DNA of 63,735 bases, filler included, from Basidiobolus meristosporus CBS 931.73 (lineage: Eukaryota > Fungi > Basidiobolomycota): assembly GCA_002104905.1 (NCBI GenBank). It is 3 parts of 3 records of this genome, joined end to end, with 100 filler letters (N's around TTAATTAATTAA, not from the genome) between each part and the next. Parts side by side here need not be neighbours in the genome. Positions count along the whole stretch, not along the records: positions 26,079 to 56,123 come from MCFE01000855.1; 2 more parts are not named here. The stretch is one strand, 5' to 3'. The position numbers and the translations under genes were made by a program. The notes beneath the pieces were generated by a model. It was not told the origin of the DNA. It saw only the letters and a program-made list of their open reading frames with translations, and searched no databases. The stretch's first letter is position 1; every line of letters starts with the position of its first letter. This document shows, in pieces, positions 39,346 to 52,894 of this stretch.

Positions 39346-40179
39346 ATACAAACCTGTGAAACTTTTCAGTCAGGCCATTTCAGAGGATAACTAACACACC
39401 TTTCTCTGTAACTTGTAATCCTAGTGATTCAATTACATTAACAAAGAATATCATTCCATTAATTGGATCTTTCATTTCTTTACCTGTAACATTGTTATAG
39501 TGAGGCATTCCCATGAAAAGTATTATAGTTGGATTCATTGTAAGCCTAGCTGGTATTCTGATGGTAATTTGCTGGTATTCAGCTGGTGTTTCTGCCTCAA
39601 ATTTTCAGTTATAGGTGAAAGGAATGCACAGTTGATTACCAAATTTGGTATGAACACTGGTTGTCCTAGTCTCCACCCAAAGAGGGTGCATGCCTGACTG
39701 CTTTAAAGCTAGTATCTGAGATGTTGAGAGTTGTTACTTTTGGGAAAGTTGGAGCTGAGCTGATATTGCAAAGGTATTCTGATGGCCTTTTATTAATTTT
39801 TTTCTCAGGGTGTGTGTATTAACATTATATTTTCCTAGCAGTTAAACTCAAATATGCTATAAGTTTTGCAACAATACATAAATACTCACCAAACTTAGTC
39901 ACTTTGATCATAGTCAACAAATTTTAGAGAAATCTGACCAAATTTCTTATTGAAACTTAAAAAATTATCAACAAAATATCAGATGCACATAACATGAGAC
40001 TTCTCAGATTGTTCAAACAGACCCAGACTTTGCACACATATTATTGAGACCTCTCTAAACATATTCTATTTGTTTGCTTTGCTAAGATCTTATAAATGCA
40101 TTAATATTGTCTTACATTCAATCAATCAGTAAGTGGAAGCCACAATATCTCAAAGACCTCTTTGAAGTAACCTGATCTT

Positions 40180-40632
40180 CTTCACCTTGCAGACTTTGCA
40201 GTCTGATCCATCCAACTGTTTGGCAGAAGGGATATTTCCAGTAATACCATTTTTAGATATTCCAGGGAGTGACAGCCCAGGGCTTCAATCATGTTGCTGA
40301 ATTTTTAGAGATACTGGAAGTGATTGGACAAACAAGTAGATTATATAATTGTCACCAAGTGCCTAACTCAATATAGGGAGTCTTTTTATTTTTAAATCAA
40401 CTTGGCAAAACAAATATGTGGAATATACTTATGAAGACCCAGAACATGCCAGCAATGCTTGGAGCTGATTTTACTACTTTGCAGTTTCCCATCTTCTGGG
40501 TGCCATATGTTTTGGTGAAAGTATTTTAACAAATCCAGCAAAGAATTGAGGCCAAACTCACTAAGGTTTGTGGACGATGATCTAAGTGCCAATGCCGAGT
40601 GAATACTTATCTGTAATACACAATTTACAACA
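40180..40632 (-). mobile_element. Degenerate copia 5' LTR (40292-40632) with PBS/gag-start relic
   Basis: 40180-40291 aligns with 6200-6289; the LTR is homologous but diverged. Another LTR relic lies at about 39850-40150. Confidence 0.7.
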
Positions 40633-42404
40633 GCAACGACTCAATATTATGTGATTCCTGCGTTGCTCTATCAGGCTCCAAATACATCCAGGAGGTTTAT
40701 ATTATACCACGCTTGAAATACCATCAAACATAGAATAACTTATCAGAGTATTCAGTAATGATAATTAAGACTATTGAAATATGTCTAGTTATCATCAAGA
40801 ACTTCCGAGATTGAAGTTTTCACTTTGAAAAAACTGTGATTTCTAATGGTATACTGCTGGCCTTGTACCAGGTTTTTTTCATACCGTATGGGTCAATGGT
40901 TGAGGATCAGCTAAAGGTACTACGGGTATCTGAAAGACATGCGCAAGCGAGCTGTGAAGTGACTCCATATCACCATTGCGTGCTAGGCCAATGCACACCA
41001 GTTCCAAAAATCAAGATCAGAGAGCATCTAGGCGTAGAACGAACTATCTTATATGCGGAGTCATTTACCCATTCATGCAAAACCACAGAGCCTAGTCACT
41101 AAGTTCCCCCAGGTTACAAGCAATCCGAACGGCTTTGCCAAATGCGAGGTAGCATACCATTGTGATATCATGAGAAAACAGCAGCAACGCCAGCAAGAAA
41201 TCACCAAAAACCTCGTCTGAAAATTTTCCAGGGGCCATTGGCGATAGAGCAGGAGCAGTAACTTGAACCAGAAACATCACCAAGGCCTCTAGGTGGATCG
41301 GGAATGTTGCCGAAAACGATGCGGACTAAGTGCATTACCAAGTAGGTCGGAGAGGGGCTTCTCAAGATCGAAGAATTCACCACGGTGGACATTTAACTTG
41401 CAGGTTGAAGGCGGTGAATACGCAACTCATAAGTTTGGGTGGAGCCAATGCGCCGAATCTTCACCTGAGATATCTGAGGAGACCGCTGAGTATCAACCAG
41501 AATCATCTGGCGAAACTGGAAGGAGTAAATCAGGTATAGGCGCCCAGTCCGGCTGGTATACGAGACGAAATCAAAATCGTCGATGATACAGGATGAAGCC
41601 GTAACTAAGCCACAGGCCCGTTCCCACAACCACCTGATAGCAGGTGATGCATGTCCAGGTCAAACCGACTGGAAAGAGTAAATCCCGGATACGGACAGAC
41701 TAGCGACTGATCGCCTCAGCACCACTATACCTGGACACCCAGCTCCCGTACGGATCATTGTTCCTCGCCGAACTTAGCATGATTCATGGCCGCCCCTTGG
41801 GTTTGGATTGGACATCTCCCATCCGCTTGGGTTTTAAATAGGAATTGCACCAGGGAAACGATAGGAGCCGAATGGGTCACCCTTGGTCGGGGAAACTACG
41901 TCAACATCGAATCCTTGCAGAACATTAACTGAGCATTCCTGCAGGTTACAACATGGAGTAGTACTTGGGCCTGGGGGATCATGTGCGGGGGGTGGGGTGG
42001 GCCAGATATTCCACTTTGAAATGTGGTAACATTTCCCCTGGGGGCAATCCCTATCGTTTTTCCAGCTAAAGGGAACGGGAATGTTGGTTTTGAGGTTGGG
42101 TGGGGAACTAGGATGTAAATTGGCCGGATTGGATGGATGTGCAATATCCAAGGGGAGATCAAATTGTGTGAAAGATCGGGGCGGCACTGGTTATTTACGG
42201 TATCATCAGCATGGTTGGCATGAAAATCCTGGGAGGGAGGTGAACGCGCTTCACCATTCATGGATAGGCCAAGAGAATGCCACCTGATAGGACCCACCAA
42301 TAGGTTGGGATCAGCCATAATGGCCGATTGGGTGAAGGCGCGAAGGATTAAGCTAGTGCCTGGCCCAGAATCCCTACGGTGCCACCATATCTAACCTACT
42401 GCAG

Positions 42405-43150
42405 GCTGCTATGTGGATGCCGGAGTTCACAGCATCCTCCAGACCCCTCTTCGATGTCGAGGTGGAGTCAGTAGAACCAAGATGACCCCAGACGTTGCAT
42501 TCGACCGAAGTATCGCTCATAACTTGACCCTGTGTTCCATTCCACGAGGGCCGGGGGGAGCCTTTATGCATCACTGCATTTCGATGCATCAGCGATTTTG
42601 CCATGCAGAGTTCAGCCAGTCCCCCAATTGGTGGATCGATTCCCAACGGCGCAGACCACTTGATGTTGTTGCGTATGCCAGCATGCGGCAAATCCAGCAT
42701 CCCCAACGTGGGTGAGCTCCGCGCTCGGCCACCGATCACCACCATGGTTGTTGGACAGCCCAGATCAAGCTATCCAACAGTTCCGTTAACAATGACAACC
42801 AGAGGATGGCTGTGATTGGCCCCGGACTCCGCGTTTCACCCAGTGATTTATTTGACTTCAATGAACTAGGACATGAAGGAGATTTTGATGAATGTGATAT
42901 ATGGTATGATGCTACAATGTTCGGTATGGGCTTTTCACTCCTGTCTGATGGCAAACTCCATCCCCCGGTCGCTGGCAAAAGCTGCTTAGTCGCGAGAGCC
43001 TTCTCGGCTAACGGAATCTATGAGGGCTGGAGGGAAAGCCCCTCATTTCGCCCCTTTGCAGACCCTGTTGAATACTTCGCCCCTGCGCTGCAGCAGGCAA
43101 CCCCAACACCAGTTCCACCGCTTGAACCTCTCCCAATCACTAAATACTGA
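42405..43150 (+). CDS. Last two exons of an uncharacterised plus-strand gene (upstream exons probably 41.3-42.3 kb)
   Basis: Exons 42405-42711 and 42781-43150 joined in frame by a GTGAGC...CAG intron; CTAAC branch site before 42405; no family recognised. Confidence 0.4.
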
Positions 43151-44810
43151 TGGACTTTGCACCGGGAAAATGACTGCGATCACGAATTCAGATAGGCTGT
43201 CTTTCATTAGCAGGTCTACCAGATCCACAATACGCAGCATTAGTGCCCATCGCCAGGTGCTCAGTCGGAACATGCTTTGGATAAGACTCAGCGAGGCAGG
43301 GCTTGGGCTCCAGATGACTATTGGCAAAGATGGTGCGGTCAGAATTCTGGCAAATCGGCTCGGGGTTCACTGCGCCACTTACACTTCTTGTCTTCATTTG
43401 CCTCAGGTACAAGCTCGCTGAGCATGTCGACGAACTCTATCGGTATCAACGAGACCTTGGATTCGTTGATTTGGTGCTTCAGATAGGCCGCGATCAACCG
43501 GGGATCGATGCCGGAGCTTTTATACTGCTCTAGGAACCCTCGGATCCCAGTATCCTTTATTTTGGACATATCGTTCCTAGAGGGGCTTTCTCGAAACCAG
43601 GACTTTACAGGGACGCTGCCGAACACTGAAGGCTGGTGAGTGGAACTCTCGTGGTGGATGGTCAGTACGAGGGGGTGCATACCTGGGTCATTCGTCCCTC
43701 TAAGAAGCAGATAGTCTATGCACCCAAGTATCTCCAGCTGGGACTCAACATCAATCTCATCCTTGCTGATCTCCGGCAGTATTCTGATCGTTTGTGCAAA
43801 GACCTCAACCGGGAATGTGCGAGTTGTGATTCTGTACGGTTTAGAAATAGTCAACATCCGCTAGCAAGGCTTGCGTGAACGTGTGGGGGGGAAGTATCCA
43901 CTCTACCTGGTGATATGATCCATCAGCCTCATGAAGAATCTCTCCTCTCTGGGCTTCGCAGCAATGTGATACTCCTCGTTGAGGAAATTCAGTGTCTTGA
44001 AGAGCTCCGTATCTTCCGGCGTCCAATGGACACGCTCCAAGTCGCATTCCTCCTCTGTTCCCTCGTCCACTCCAGAGTCAGCAGTATGGGAATGTTGCTG
44101 GTGATGGTACTTTAAAAGCTCGGTAATGGTGTCCCGGTTCTTGGGCAGGATGCTCTTCAGCTCCTCAATTAACGACACTTGAAGTAGTTGCTCAAGCATT
44201 AGAATGTTCCGCTAAACTGGCGATTAGCATGGGCGTAAACAGGCTATCTTAGATGATGTAGACACCTACCAACTCCAACTGGATGCTAGAGAATCCATAG
44301 ATCACACAGAATTGCCTCAAGAACCATAGGCCCTGTTTGCGACTTGTCTTAGAATCCATCTGCCCAATCAAGAAAATGCTTTGCCAGCATTCGTCCACGA
44401 GTCTCTTGATGTATTCGCGCGGTGTAACTATCTGCTTGTTTAAGAACGACTTGTGGGGGGAGTGGTTAGTTGCATGTGAGTGGATCTTTGTGTGGTCCAC
44501 ACCCCCTGCTCACCTTGTATCTGGATCTGCGATGGTCGCAGTATTCCACCGCTTCTTGGTGCTGGGAACCCCAGCGCAACACCTGTGCCCTTTTCAATCT
44601 TATTTTGCTCTCCTCCGATGAGTAAAGATTATACAGCAGTTGTAGGGTATACACACAGCCTGTCAAGGGATGCTTGGGTCAACCGCTGGGAAATTGGGTG
44701 AGGGGACATACAACGGTATCACAGACTGACCATAGTTGGTGAGATGCTCCATGTTAGGATTCCACTGCATTCTGAGGCTTTGGCAAGGTTGATGTCGAGC
44801 AGTGTGCAGG
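43043..44810 (-). CDS. Uncharacterised multi-exon protein, probably alpha-helical; 5' end unresolved (possibly to about 45200)
   Basis: Chain of 80-500 nt open segments separated by 55-80 nt GT-AG introns; CpG-rich gene-like composition; no motif recognised. Confidence 0.55.
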
Positions 44811-46548
44811 CTAAATAGGCATCCACACCCCTAATGAATGGGATCGGGTTATGCTGGAAGGAAGGCTGGTCCTTGGAAATGGCTGGGAATGGTCACCTGC
44901 AAATCGATGGTTGCCAAGCTACAAGGAAGTGATGTATGGAATACAATGTAGATTGGTGATCAAACTGAAGGATCGCCCGGTTGGATGAAGTTTATGGACG
45001 GCATGCTGCTGCTGGTAGGCGGCTAGATAAATAAATGGCGAATGTCACATTTGAAGGGCAAACCATCCAACTGATGCAAGCGGATCCAAGTAAATCCCAA
45101 TTGAAACATGTGCAGAATGGGGATTTCGCGCAAGCGTACTGGTCTCCTATCAAACAATCCGCGTGGATGCTTCTTACAAAAAGACGAGTCTTATGAAGCA
45201 TTGCTAATCAAATAATAGCGGCGATTAACAGGTGTCTCGAAACTCCAGCGAGGGGTTCATTACGTGATCATGGTGACAATCTGAAGCATGCCGGGTTGAC
45301 ACTGAGCTCGACTGCCCTTCGTGCCCTGGAAGGACCCCGCTCATACGAAGGTTTCATCAGATGCCGTACGTGACTACATGGTCAACCACTGAGATTCAAA
45401 TTACTTGCAAGAGAGGTCTGTCGATGCTGTTAAGCAACACGCCTTCCCTGGTGGCCGCCGAGACTCCAACCCAAGTGGAACCGCACCAGCACCAAGTCTC
45501 AAACAACCAGGTAGGTGATGAGGATCAACTGATCTCCAGGAGGCAGCGATCGGTCGAATTGTTGTTGCGGCATATGCACAGCCCCAATACCTACCCTACA
45601 CACCTCGCCAACAATCGATCGACGCTGTCTTGATCACGGGGTGCTTTTCTGGCTCCATCCCTCACACGAAGCACCAGCATTGGTTGGATTCCCATTCTCT
45701 AATGATCAGCACCAAGGCGTCACTCCAAGTCATGATCCGACTCAGACGGCCTATTCGATTCAAGTGAATCATGACACACACAATGGGGTTATTGTAGGTT
45801 TCATTTTCTCACACATTAACCCATGCTTGCGGCAACGCCTGCAGTCACATGACCTCCAGATTCCAACCTCCTTCCGCCATACACCCCACTGATGGCCAGT
45901 GAATCGTGGGATCGCTTGGGCTGACATCGAAGCTGGCTGCGCCTGGATGCCCACAACCATGTTGATAATGTAATGTAGCCCCAAAGCACCAATCCCCCCT
46001 CACCTGGATGCACTCCATTGCTCCCGCTCGAAGATCCCATTAAAACCCATACCGTTGGCACGCAAGCAGGTATATCCATCGTTGATCGGAATGCTTGGCT
46101 GTTTCAATCTCACATTATCACACACGCCACAAGCAATGCCCATCCTGAGCTCCTATCTGATTCTGCTACAAGTGCACCCATTTATCAGCAGTCGAAGTAA
46201 CATCCGACGTATACGAGCAGACTTGGTCCTGGGCTCAAGAGGTAAGCTGCCGTCCGATCATAAGCTAGGTGCATCTTGTAGATATACCGCTAGTAACCCA
46301 TGCCCAAACAGCTCGGAAAGGTGATCGATAGTGCATGGAGATTTATCGACTGCGTGGTAACAAGCACCCAAGTTAGATAACGCAATGGCTCAAAATCGTT
46401 TATAAGTTCAATAGAATAGATAGATAGGTGTCCGAATGGCTTTGCAGAGGAATTTTGAAGAGGCAGTGGTAGTACATCGATGTATGATTAGTATGGACAT
46501 GTCCATGAGCATGGGAATGGTAGAAAAGCTGGATGGTCCGCATCCGCA

Positions 46549-47448
46549 TTAATTAACCTCGGTCTTGGGGAATATCGTGGGCATCTAATTAACAATGTAT
46601 CATGCTTAGCTTGAGTGGCGAGGACGCCATTTGACGCTAGACTGCCACTTACCTCGAAATCGTCAAAAAGGATAGACAACGTCTTGGGTATCTCCGGTAA
46701 TTGAAATTCACTGCTTTCCGAGTCATTCTTGGGTTTGGCAGAGCACCGGTATCCAACGGATGAATTATCAGGCTCGTCCCTAGAGTGCAGCTTCTGCTGC
46801 CCTGTGCATATGCTCATGAGCGACAGCATCACGCGAGGATTTTCTATGTAGTCTTCCCGCGTTAAAGAGTCAGTTTGGATGTTTTCGAATCCTTTTCCCG
46901 AGCATTCTATGGCTCCGGTTTCCGGATTGAATCCCAAGTGAGCATCATGTCTGAAGTTGGTGGGATTTGATATTCCTTTCATGACCGTTTTCTGAACAGT
47001 AAGTAAGTCGCACAGCGCCTTTATCCAAGGAGAGGAGTGACCATAACCCATACCTTGTATATATCGTCCATCCAAGAGCTCAATTCCTCTTCATTCCGGC
47101 AGGAAAAGTAGTAAGCTTTATCCGTGGTAAGCACCTTGAAGCTATGTGGACGAAGATCACAACGAACTACGTCTACAATGCTATTGATGTAGATAACCTC
47201 TGAGGCCTTGTACTCATTCTTGAAAAGACTCGGTCAATAAGTCTTCTGTCAACTGCTTTGAAAGCGCCACTTACCTCGTGCTTGTGAATGGTGATGGCGA
47301 TGTTTTTCAAAATGATAAGTCTCTTTGTCCACATCCAGTTTCTGATACCAGCTCCACGGACCGTAAGGTATGCCCTTTTCAGGGTGCGTGAAATGTGGAC
47401 TAAACTCTCTTGCGATACAGTTGTCGTGGAAGAACAAATGGAGCTCAT
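46549..47448 (-). CDS. Cla4/PAK-like PH plus CRIB protein lacking a kinase domain
   Basis: PH: GIRNWMWTKRLIILK...YYFSCRNEEELSSWMDDIY; CRIB: ISNPTNFRHDAHLGFNPETG; TREDYIENP; spliced end DDFE|MPTIFPKTEVN*. Confidence 0.75.
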
Positions 47449-49405
47449 CTCGAAAGTAATACTACGTTAGGGTAGCTCAAGTAAAGTTGGGGGCAGAGGC
47501 TATGGTGTGGGGGACGTATAAACCGAGCTGGGGCCTGCCAGGGACGATGTGCCGCTATAGGATGTACGAAAGAAGTAGGAAAGTGAACTATCGAACTTTA
47601 GGAGGGCAATATTAGAGTAAGAGCAAGTTAGGGATTATATTCTGCGCGCTCAACAAGTAAAGAGCAATCAATACTGTGGCCAAAAGCAAGGTGTAGGTTG
47701 TGTATCTCCAAGGTTACCAATGGTTGGCAGTATCTTCGCAACTTCGGGACAAGTACAAAACTAGGCTTAACCAAGAACAAAAATCACTAAGGGCTTCCAC
47801 AGCTCATTGGAAGATCAACAGTTATAAGTGGAATTTGCCCAGCGCAGCGGAGTGGTGATTGGGCGGAAGTGATACACACCAATGGATCACTTTCTATTAC
47901 AGTGATAGTGGGATTTCTGAATTCGGCGTAATGATTATCGGGTACCAGGTGGTACGGGTGGAGGAGTCCCGGGTAACTGCGGGTTGGATTCAATAGGTTT
48001 TGGCAGCATAGCAATATACTGCGAGTGCGTATAAGCCCGGAGGAGTCTCTCCTAACACTGGTGATTCGGGTGTGTCACCAATATAGTAGTTGCTGCTAAA
48101 AATATGGGGTGAGCGGCGGATGGATTCCTGCGACGAAGGTTGATTTGCCAGCGGTGATCATGTAGATCCAATCGTCAAAGACCTGCGTGACTAGTCCAAA
48201 GCTGCAGGTACCTCTCCTAATAATGGTGTCTTCTCATGGTGTAAAGCGCTAAATTGATTCCCCAGCGTCCACGGCTGCATAATAAACTTCACCATGTGAC
48301 ATATGGAATCAGCATTGTTGATAAAGGGGCTAGGAACAAATGGCGCAAGAGGGCAATCTAAGCCAGGCAGGTAGAGTGGATCAGTGTATTGGTTATCTGC
48401 GGAGTAAAGTAAAAACGCCTGGCCGACTTCATTGGCCAGGCATAGACAACACTTCGGTGCTGGGAATTTCCAGACTTAAATGGTGCTTACCGCTTTAGGT
48501 CCCAGCTGTAGGAGTCCAGGTTCAGGCTGCGCTAAGCTAGAGCATATTTCTATAGGCGAGTACTCTAGCAATGAATTTCATCGACTCTACCTGAAAGGGA
48601 AGCAAGATATGTGAGTTGTGGCTAGTCTATCTAGAATTCCGTCGACTCAGAAATTGGCTACTCTCCAACTGGATTACCAATGACCACCATGCCGGCATCT
48701 ATATTAATTTCCCATTTCCATCCGGTTATGTTCATGAGTGTTCCTTTGTGATGCTTCAAGGAGGCAAGGTTTGATCTTGAGGTTTTCTTTCGAACTCTTC
48801 TATCTATCTGCAATGATTCAACATATCAAAATATTTTGGATTTTTGACCAGGAATATGATGTTTGCTTGTACTGAAGTGATCCTATAGTATAATGGCTCT
48901 ACATGATAAGCAGTCAGTCCTAAAGCCAAGGAATGCGGTATGAGATAGCAGGGCTGGGTGAATAGCAGTTCCCAATATATGTCTTCTGCCTACACAGCAG
49001 ATAAAGTTTTCATATCCAGATTGGTTCAATGAAATAGTCGGATCAGCAATCTGAAAAGTTTGCCAAAGTAACCTTTAATTTGAGACCAAAATTGTTAGGC
49101 ACGGGATGTTCCAATGGACCCATTCAATTGAAAAGCCCATTATAAAAAACTCGATAGCAGTATATCAGCATGGGTCAGTTACTACCAGCTGCAACCGGTT
49201 CAAGATTTCAGAAAAGTTCAAGTTCCAAAAATATATTTCCATGCCCTTTTTCATATGCTGACACATGTTACTCACATCCGGACTCCCACTTTTTGATGTG
49301 TACTGTTGTAATTAATAAAATTGACTATTAAATCCTTCACACTTCTTGTGTTGCTACATTACTATACCATAGGTTGATGACTTAAGCCTTGATTTGCAAC
49401 ATGTA

Positions 49406-49597
49406 GGGGGGAGGACACAGTTACCAACAGGTGAAATCTTTATTTCAGTTGAAACAAAGAAGCCAGGGCTATGGTTGTAGCTTTGATACAAGGGTGTGTA
49501 GCTGAGGGGAATTTGTAGGTAAGTGAATAAGGAGAGATGATAGTTCTTCAGTGCTCAAGACACTGTTCAGTGGGAAGGGGGGTAGCAAGATGGGTAG
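49406..49597 (-). mobile_element. 3'-end fragment of the LINE family, abutting a chromovirus LTR
   Basis: Matches 52900-53085 including the tail motif. Confidence 0.85.
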
Positions 49598-50940
49598 TGT
49601 TGTATCCAAGAGAAAAGTGTAATAAAACTCTTGCATGAGTTAACTGAACCTAAGTGACAACTAAGTGCAGAATCTTAGAATTGTCAAGAGTGCCAGAAAT
49701 ATTAGCAGAGAGGTTCTGGTCTAATATTGGTCTTGTATATAGCTGAGTTGGGCTATAAAGGCAACAGAGTAGGTTTGCAATGCAGGCTAGGCTTGGTGTT
49801 CTTGAGAGTGCTAGATATACTAAGCTTGGGTAGAAACTAGAATGGATTTGTTGAATTTGTAATTTTGTTGAGACACATACTAAACCAAAAGGTTCAGTAA
49901 ACTTTATTAATACTTTTCTGATTGAGTTGCATTAGTAAGCACCAAGAAACTGGACTAATTGAAATCTGTTGGGGGGTTGATAGGTGCATAAGATAAATGA
50001 AAAATTGCATCATTAATCAGCTGATGTCTTGGCAACAGCTAAGTGGTTGCATAAATCTCAGATGACTAATCACTTGGAAAGGCTTAGCAGATCAGTTGAG
50101 GATGTAATGACCACATGAAAATTGATCAGGTGTGACAGCTAAAAATAGATTCTGAGAAGTGATAAAATAAACCATATCAGCTATTAGTTGTGTTTGGGTT
50201 AGGGAAAATCAGTTAGGGTAGTAGATTTTCTAATGGAGTGAAATTGGCCAAGTTTTAAATGTTGATGCACAACATCACTTCCTCCCAAGAGAGGAGTTTT
50301 CTGATACCTTCTGGGTTCCCCTGTGGCTCCAATACTGATCAATGATGGCAACATCATCAAAGTTGGTGTAAGGTTCCCAGGTGTTGTCTTTGGCATCATA
50401 ACCTTCCCACTTGACTAAATAAAGGCAATTTGGTTCTTCTCCATCATGGTCAACAATAGATTCAGCTTTATGGGATTCATAAGTAACTGGGTCTTGAGAT
50501 ATAAGTTTGAGTGAAGAAGGTGGAAAGTCTTTGGGTAGCAGTGCTCCAGTATTGTCCTGAAGTACATAAGATCCTCCAGTGGTACATCTAACAACTTCAA
50601 ATGGGCCTTCATATTTGGGGTCAAGTTTAGATTGTCAGATTGGATCTAGTGTCATGACATATGACCCATCTGGAAAGCTGCAGTTCCTGTGTCTTGAGGC
50701 GTATGTTGAAGTCATCTTTTGCTGTGTGGCCTTACTTCCAGCACTGATAGCAGGGTAGACAATGTCTTTAAGGTACTCAAGCTGGTTCTTTAGCTTGTCT
50801 GTATTCAAACTTGATAGCTCTGTATTCTGGTAGTCCCCAAAGTGGTTGTATCTTCTTCCAAACATCAAAGAACATGGTGTTGATCCATGTAGAGTGACAA
50901 TTTTGGTGTTGATAGCATACTGTACAGTGAGAATGTACTT
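49598..50940 (-). mobile_element. Ty3/gypsy chromovirus 3' part: integrase C-terminus, chromodomain, PPT and 3' LTR (49598-50274)
   Basis: AINTKI...STP..MFGR, KLDPKYEGPFEV, GGSYVLQD, YLVKWEGYDAKDNTWEP; PPT GGGAGGAAGTGA before TGTTG...CAACA. Confidence 0.9.
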
Positions 50941-52658
50941 GTTAGGGTATAGGAGTTGTGGTAAGGGCTACAAAGGGTAAGAAAGCTGGGGGTCTGGGGG
51001 ACACAGTCTCCCAGATAATAAAATAAGCAGGGGGTTTGGGGGATGCAATCCCCATACTGCTCTTTCTTTATTAAGATTCCTTTCAATTTCCTCTGTTTTC
51101 CTTACTTTAATCTTATCCTAACCTTCCTAACCTAAGCACTTTTTTTTTCATTTTTTATTCAAACTATCATAAATATTGAAACTTATTCTTTGCTCACTGA
51201 GCATTCTTACTATCTCACCATGGATTGTTATCCTTTTAGCCCTTTATCAATATTGAATTAAAAAAATTGAAAATCAATTATCCTATAAATTTTAGACCTA
51301 AGTATATAGATATGAAATATTATTTCTATATATCAATGCTAAAGTCTAGCTCTTTGCTAATGTATATTTATATATGCTATAACTTACTTAAGACATGTAG
51401 CATTATTTAGCAAGTTAAATTTTTTTTAATAAAGTTATATATATCATGATAAAATTTATTACAAAAATAAGGAACTCTCTGATATTCATAGCCTAATTAC
51501 CTTTTTTACACTCTTCAATATTATTTTTTCTTAATATTTATAATACAAGCAATTTGTAAACCTCTTAATATATCTACTAATAAAAGTATTTCATATATGA
51601 AAATTTGAAAATAAATATATTAACAAGAACAATGCTTATTTATTGAAAATACCTTAAAAAGTTATAATAAATAATACCAATAGTTATTCTGTTGAATAGT
51701 GGTCATTAATACTTTTGGGCAACCTATATTGTGCAAGACTAATGTTACTCATGGATTGATGAAGCAAGTTAAATCCCAGTAGCCCAATTTAAAAATATTT
51801 CCTATGATTTTATAGTGAAAAATGACCGCATAATATATAATAATTATGATATTTTTAATATCCAGAGTATGATAATATAAGTTGGTAGAATTACATACTT
51901 GTAACACATTTAGCCTGAGCATCATACACAGCGTGGAGAATATCATTTTATTTTTTATAGATATACCAGCTACACAAAACACATGTTGCAGAGTAACAAC
52001 TGTGTGGCATTCAAGTGTACAAGAAATCTTGCACTATGAACAAACGGAAAATTGAGAGCACATCTAATCTGCATTGCATATGTAGCTCCAGAATCAACCA
52101 ACAAATTAGTTTGGTGATTATACCTCTTTGACAGCTAAATCAAATGATTGGGTATTATGAGAGTTGAAAAAAAAACAAGTGTGCAGTGCTAAACTGCTTC
52201 AGAAAATCATAACCATGTTCAACATTTATGATTGGAGTGATTTATATATAACAGAGTGGTTGATAAAGTATTTATTATACTTCTGGGTAGCAGAGGGATA
52301 GCTAAAATAATAATTATTATATTGTAGATACATCAGATAGTTTGCAGATAGATGAATCAGCAATTGACATTGAAAAATTTACAAATGAATGTGGAGTAAT
52401 ATATTAAGAATAAAGTTGGTTTAAAGTAGCGGTGATTATGGCTCAGATTAAAGCAAATATTTGAAATTGTTAAAGTATCGGTCAGAGTTGACTAGAAAAT
52501 AAAGAAATATCTATAATAAGCAGGGTTAGCCAGTTTCATATGAAGTAAAGTAGACTTTGACATTATTCAGTGATTAAAAGCTTAATAAAGTAGTATAAAT
52601 AAGGCTCATATTGACATTCTGTAGATAGAAAACAATCAGCCAAGATAATACATATCAA

Positions 52659-52894
52659 GGGTTAGGGGGAGACAGTCACCAACAGGTGAAATCTTTATTT
52701 CAGTTGAAACAAAGAAGCCAGCGCTACTGTTGTAGCTTTGATACAAGAGTGTGTAGCTGAGGGGAATTTGTAGGTAAGTTAATAAGAAGTGATGATAGTA
52801 TCTTCAGTGCTCAAGACACTGTTCAGTGGGAAGGGTGGTAGCAAGAGAGGTAAGAATGACTTGTGAACAACATTAATGAGGGGAATGTGATAAG
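52659..52894 (-). repeat. Tandem second copy (236-bp period) of the LINE 3' end
   Basis: 52681-52893 duplicates 52917-53129; both copies carry the same tail. Confidence 0.9.

Noticed and set aside
51960-52600. Possible hAT transposase relic (TVWHSS resembling TRWNS)
   Set aside because: One weak motif among many stops; cannot be supported without an HMM search.
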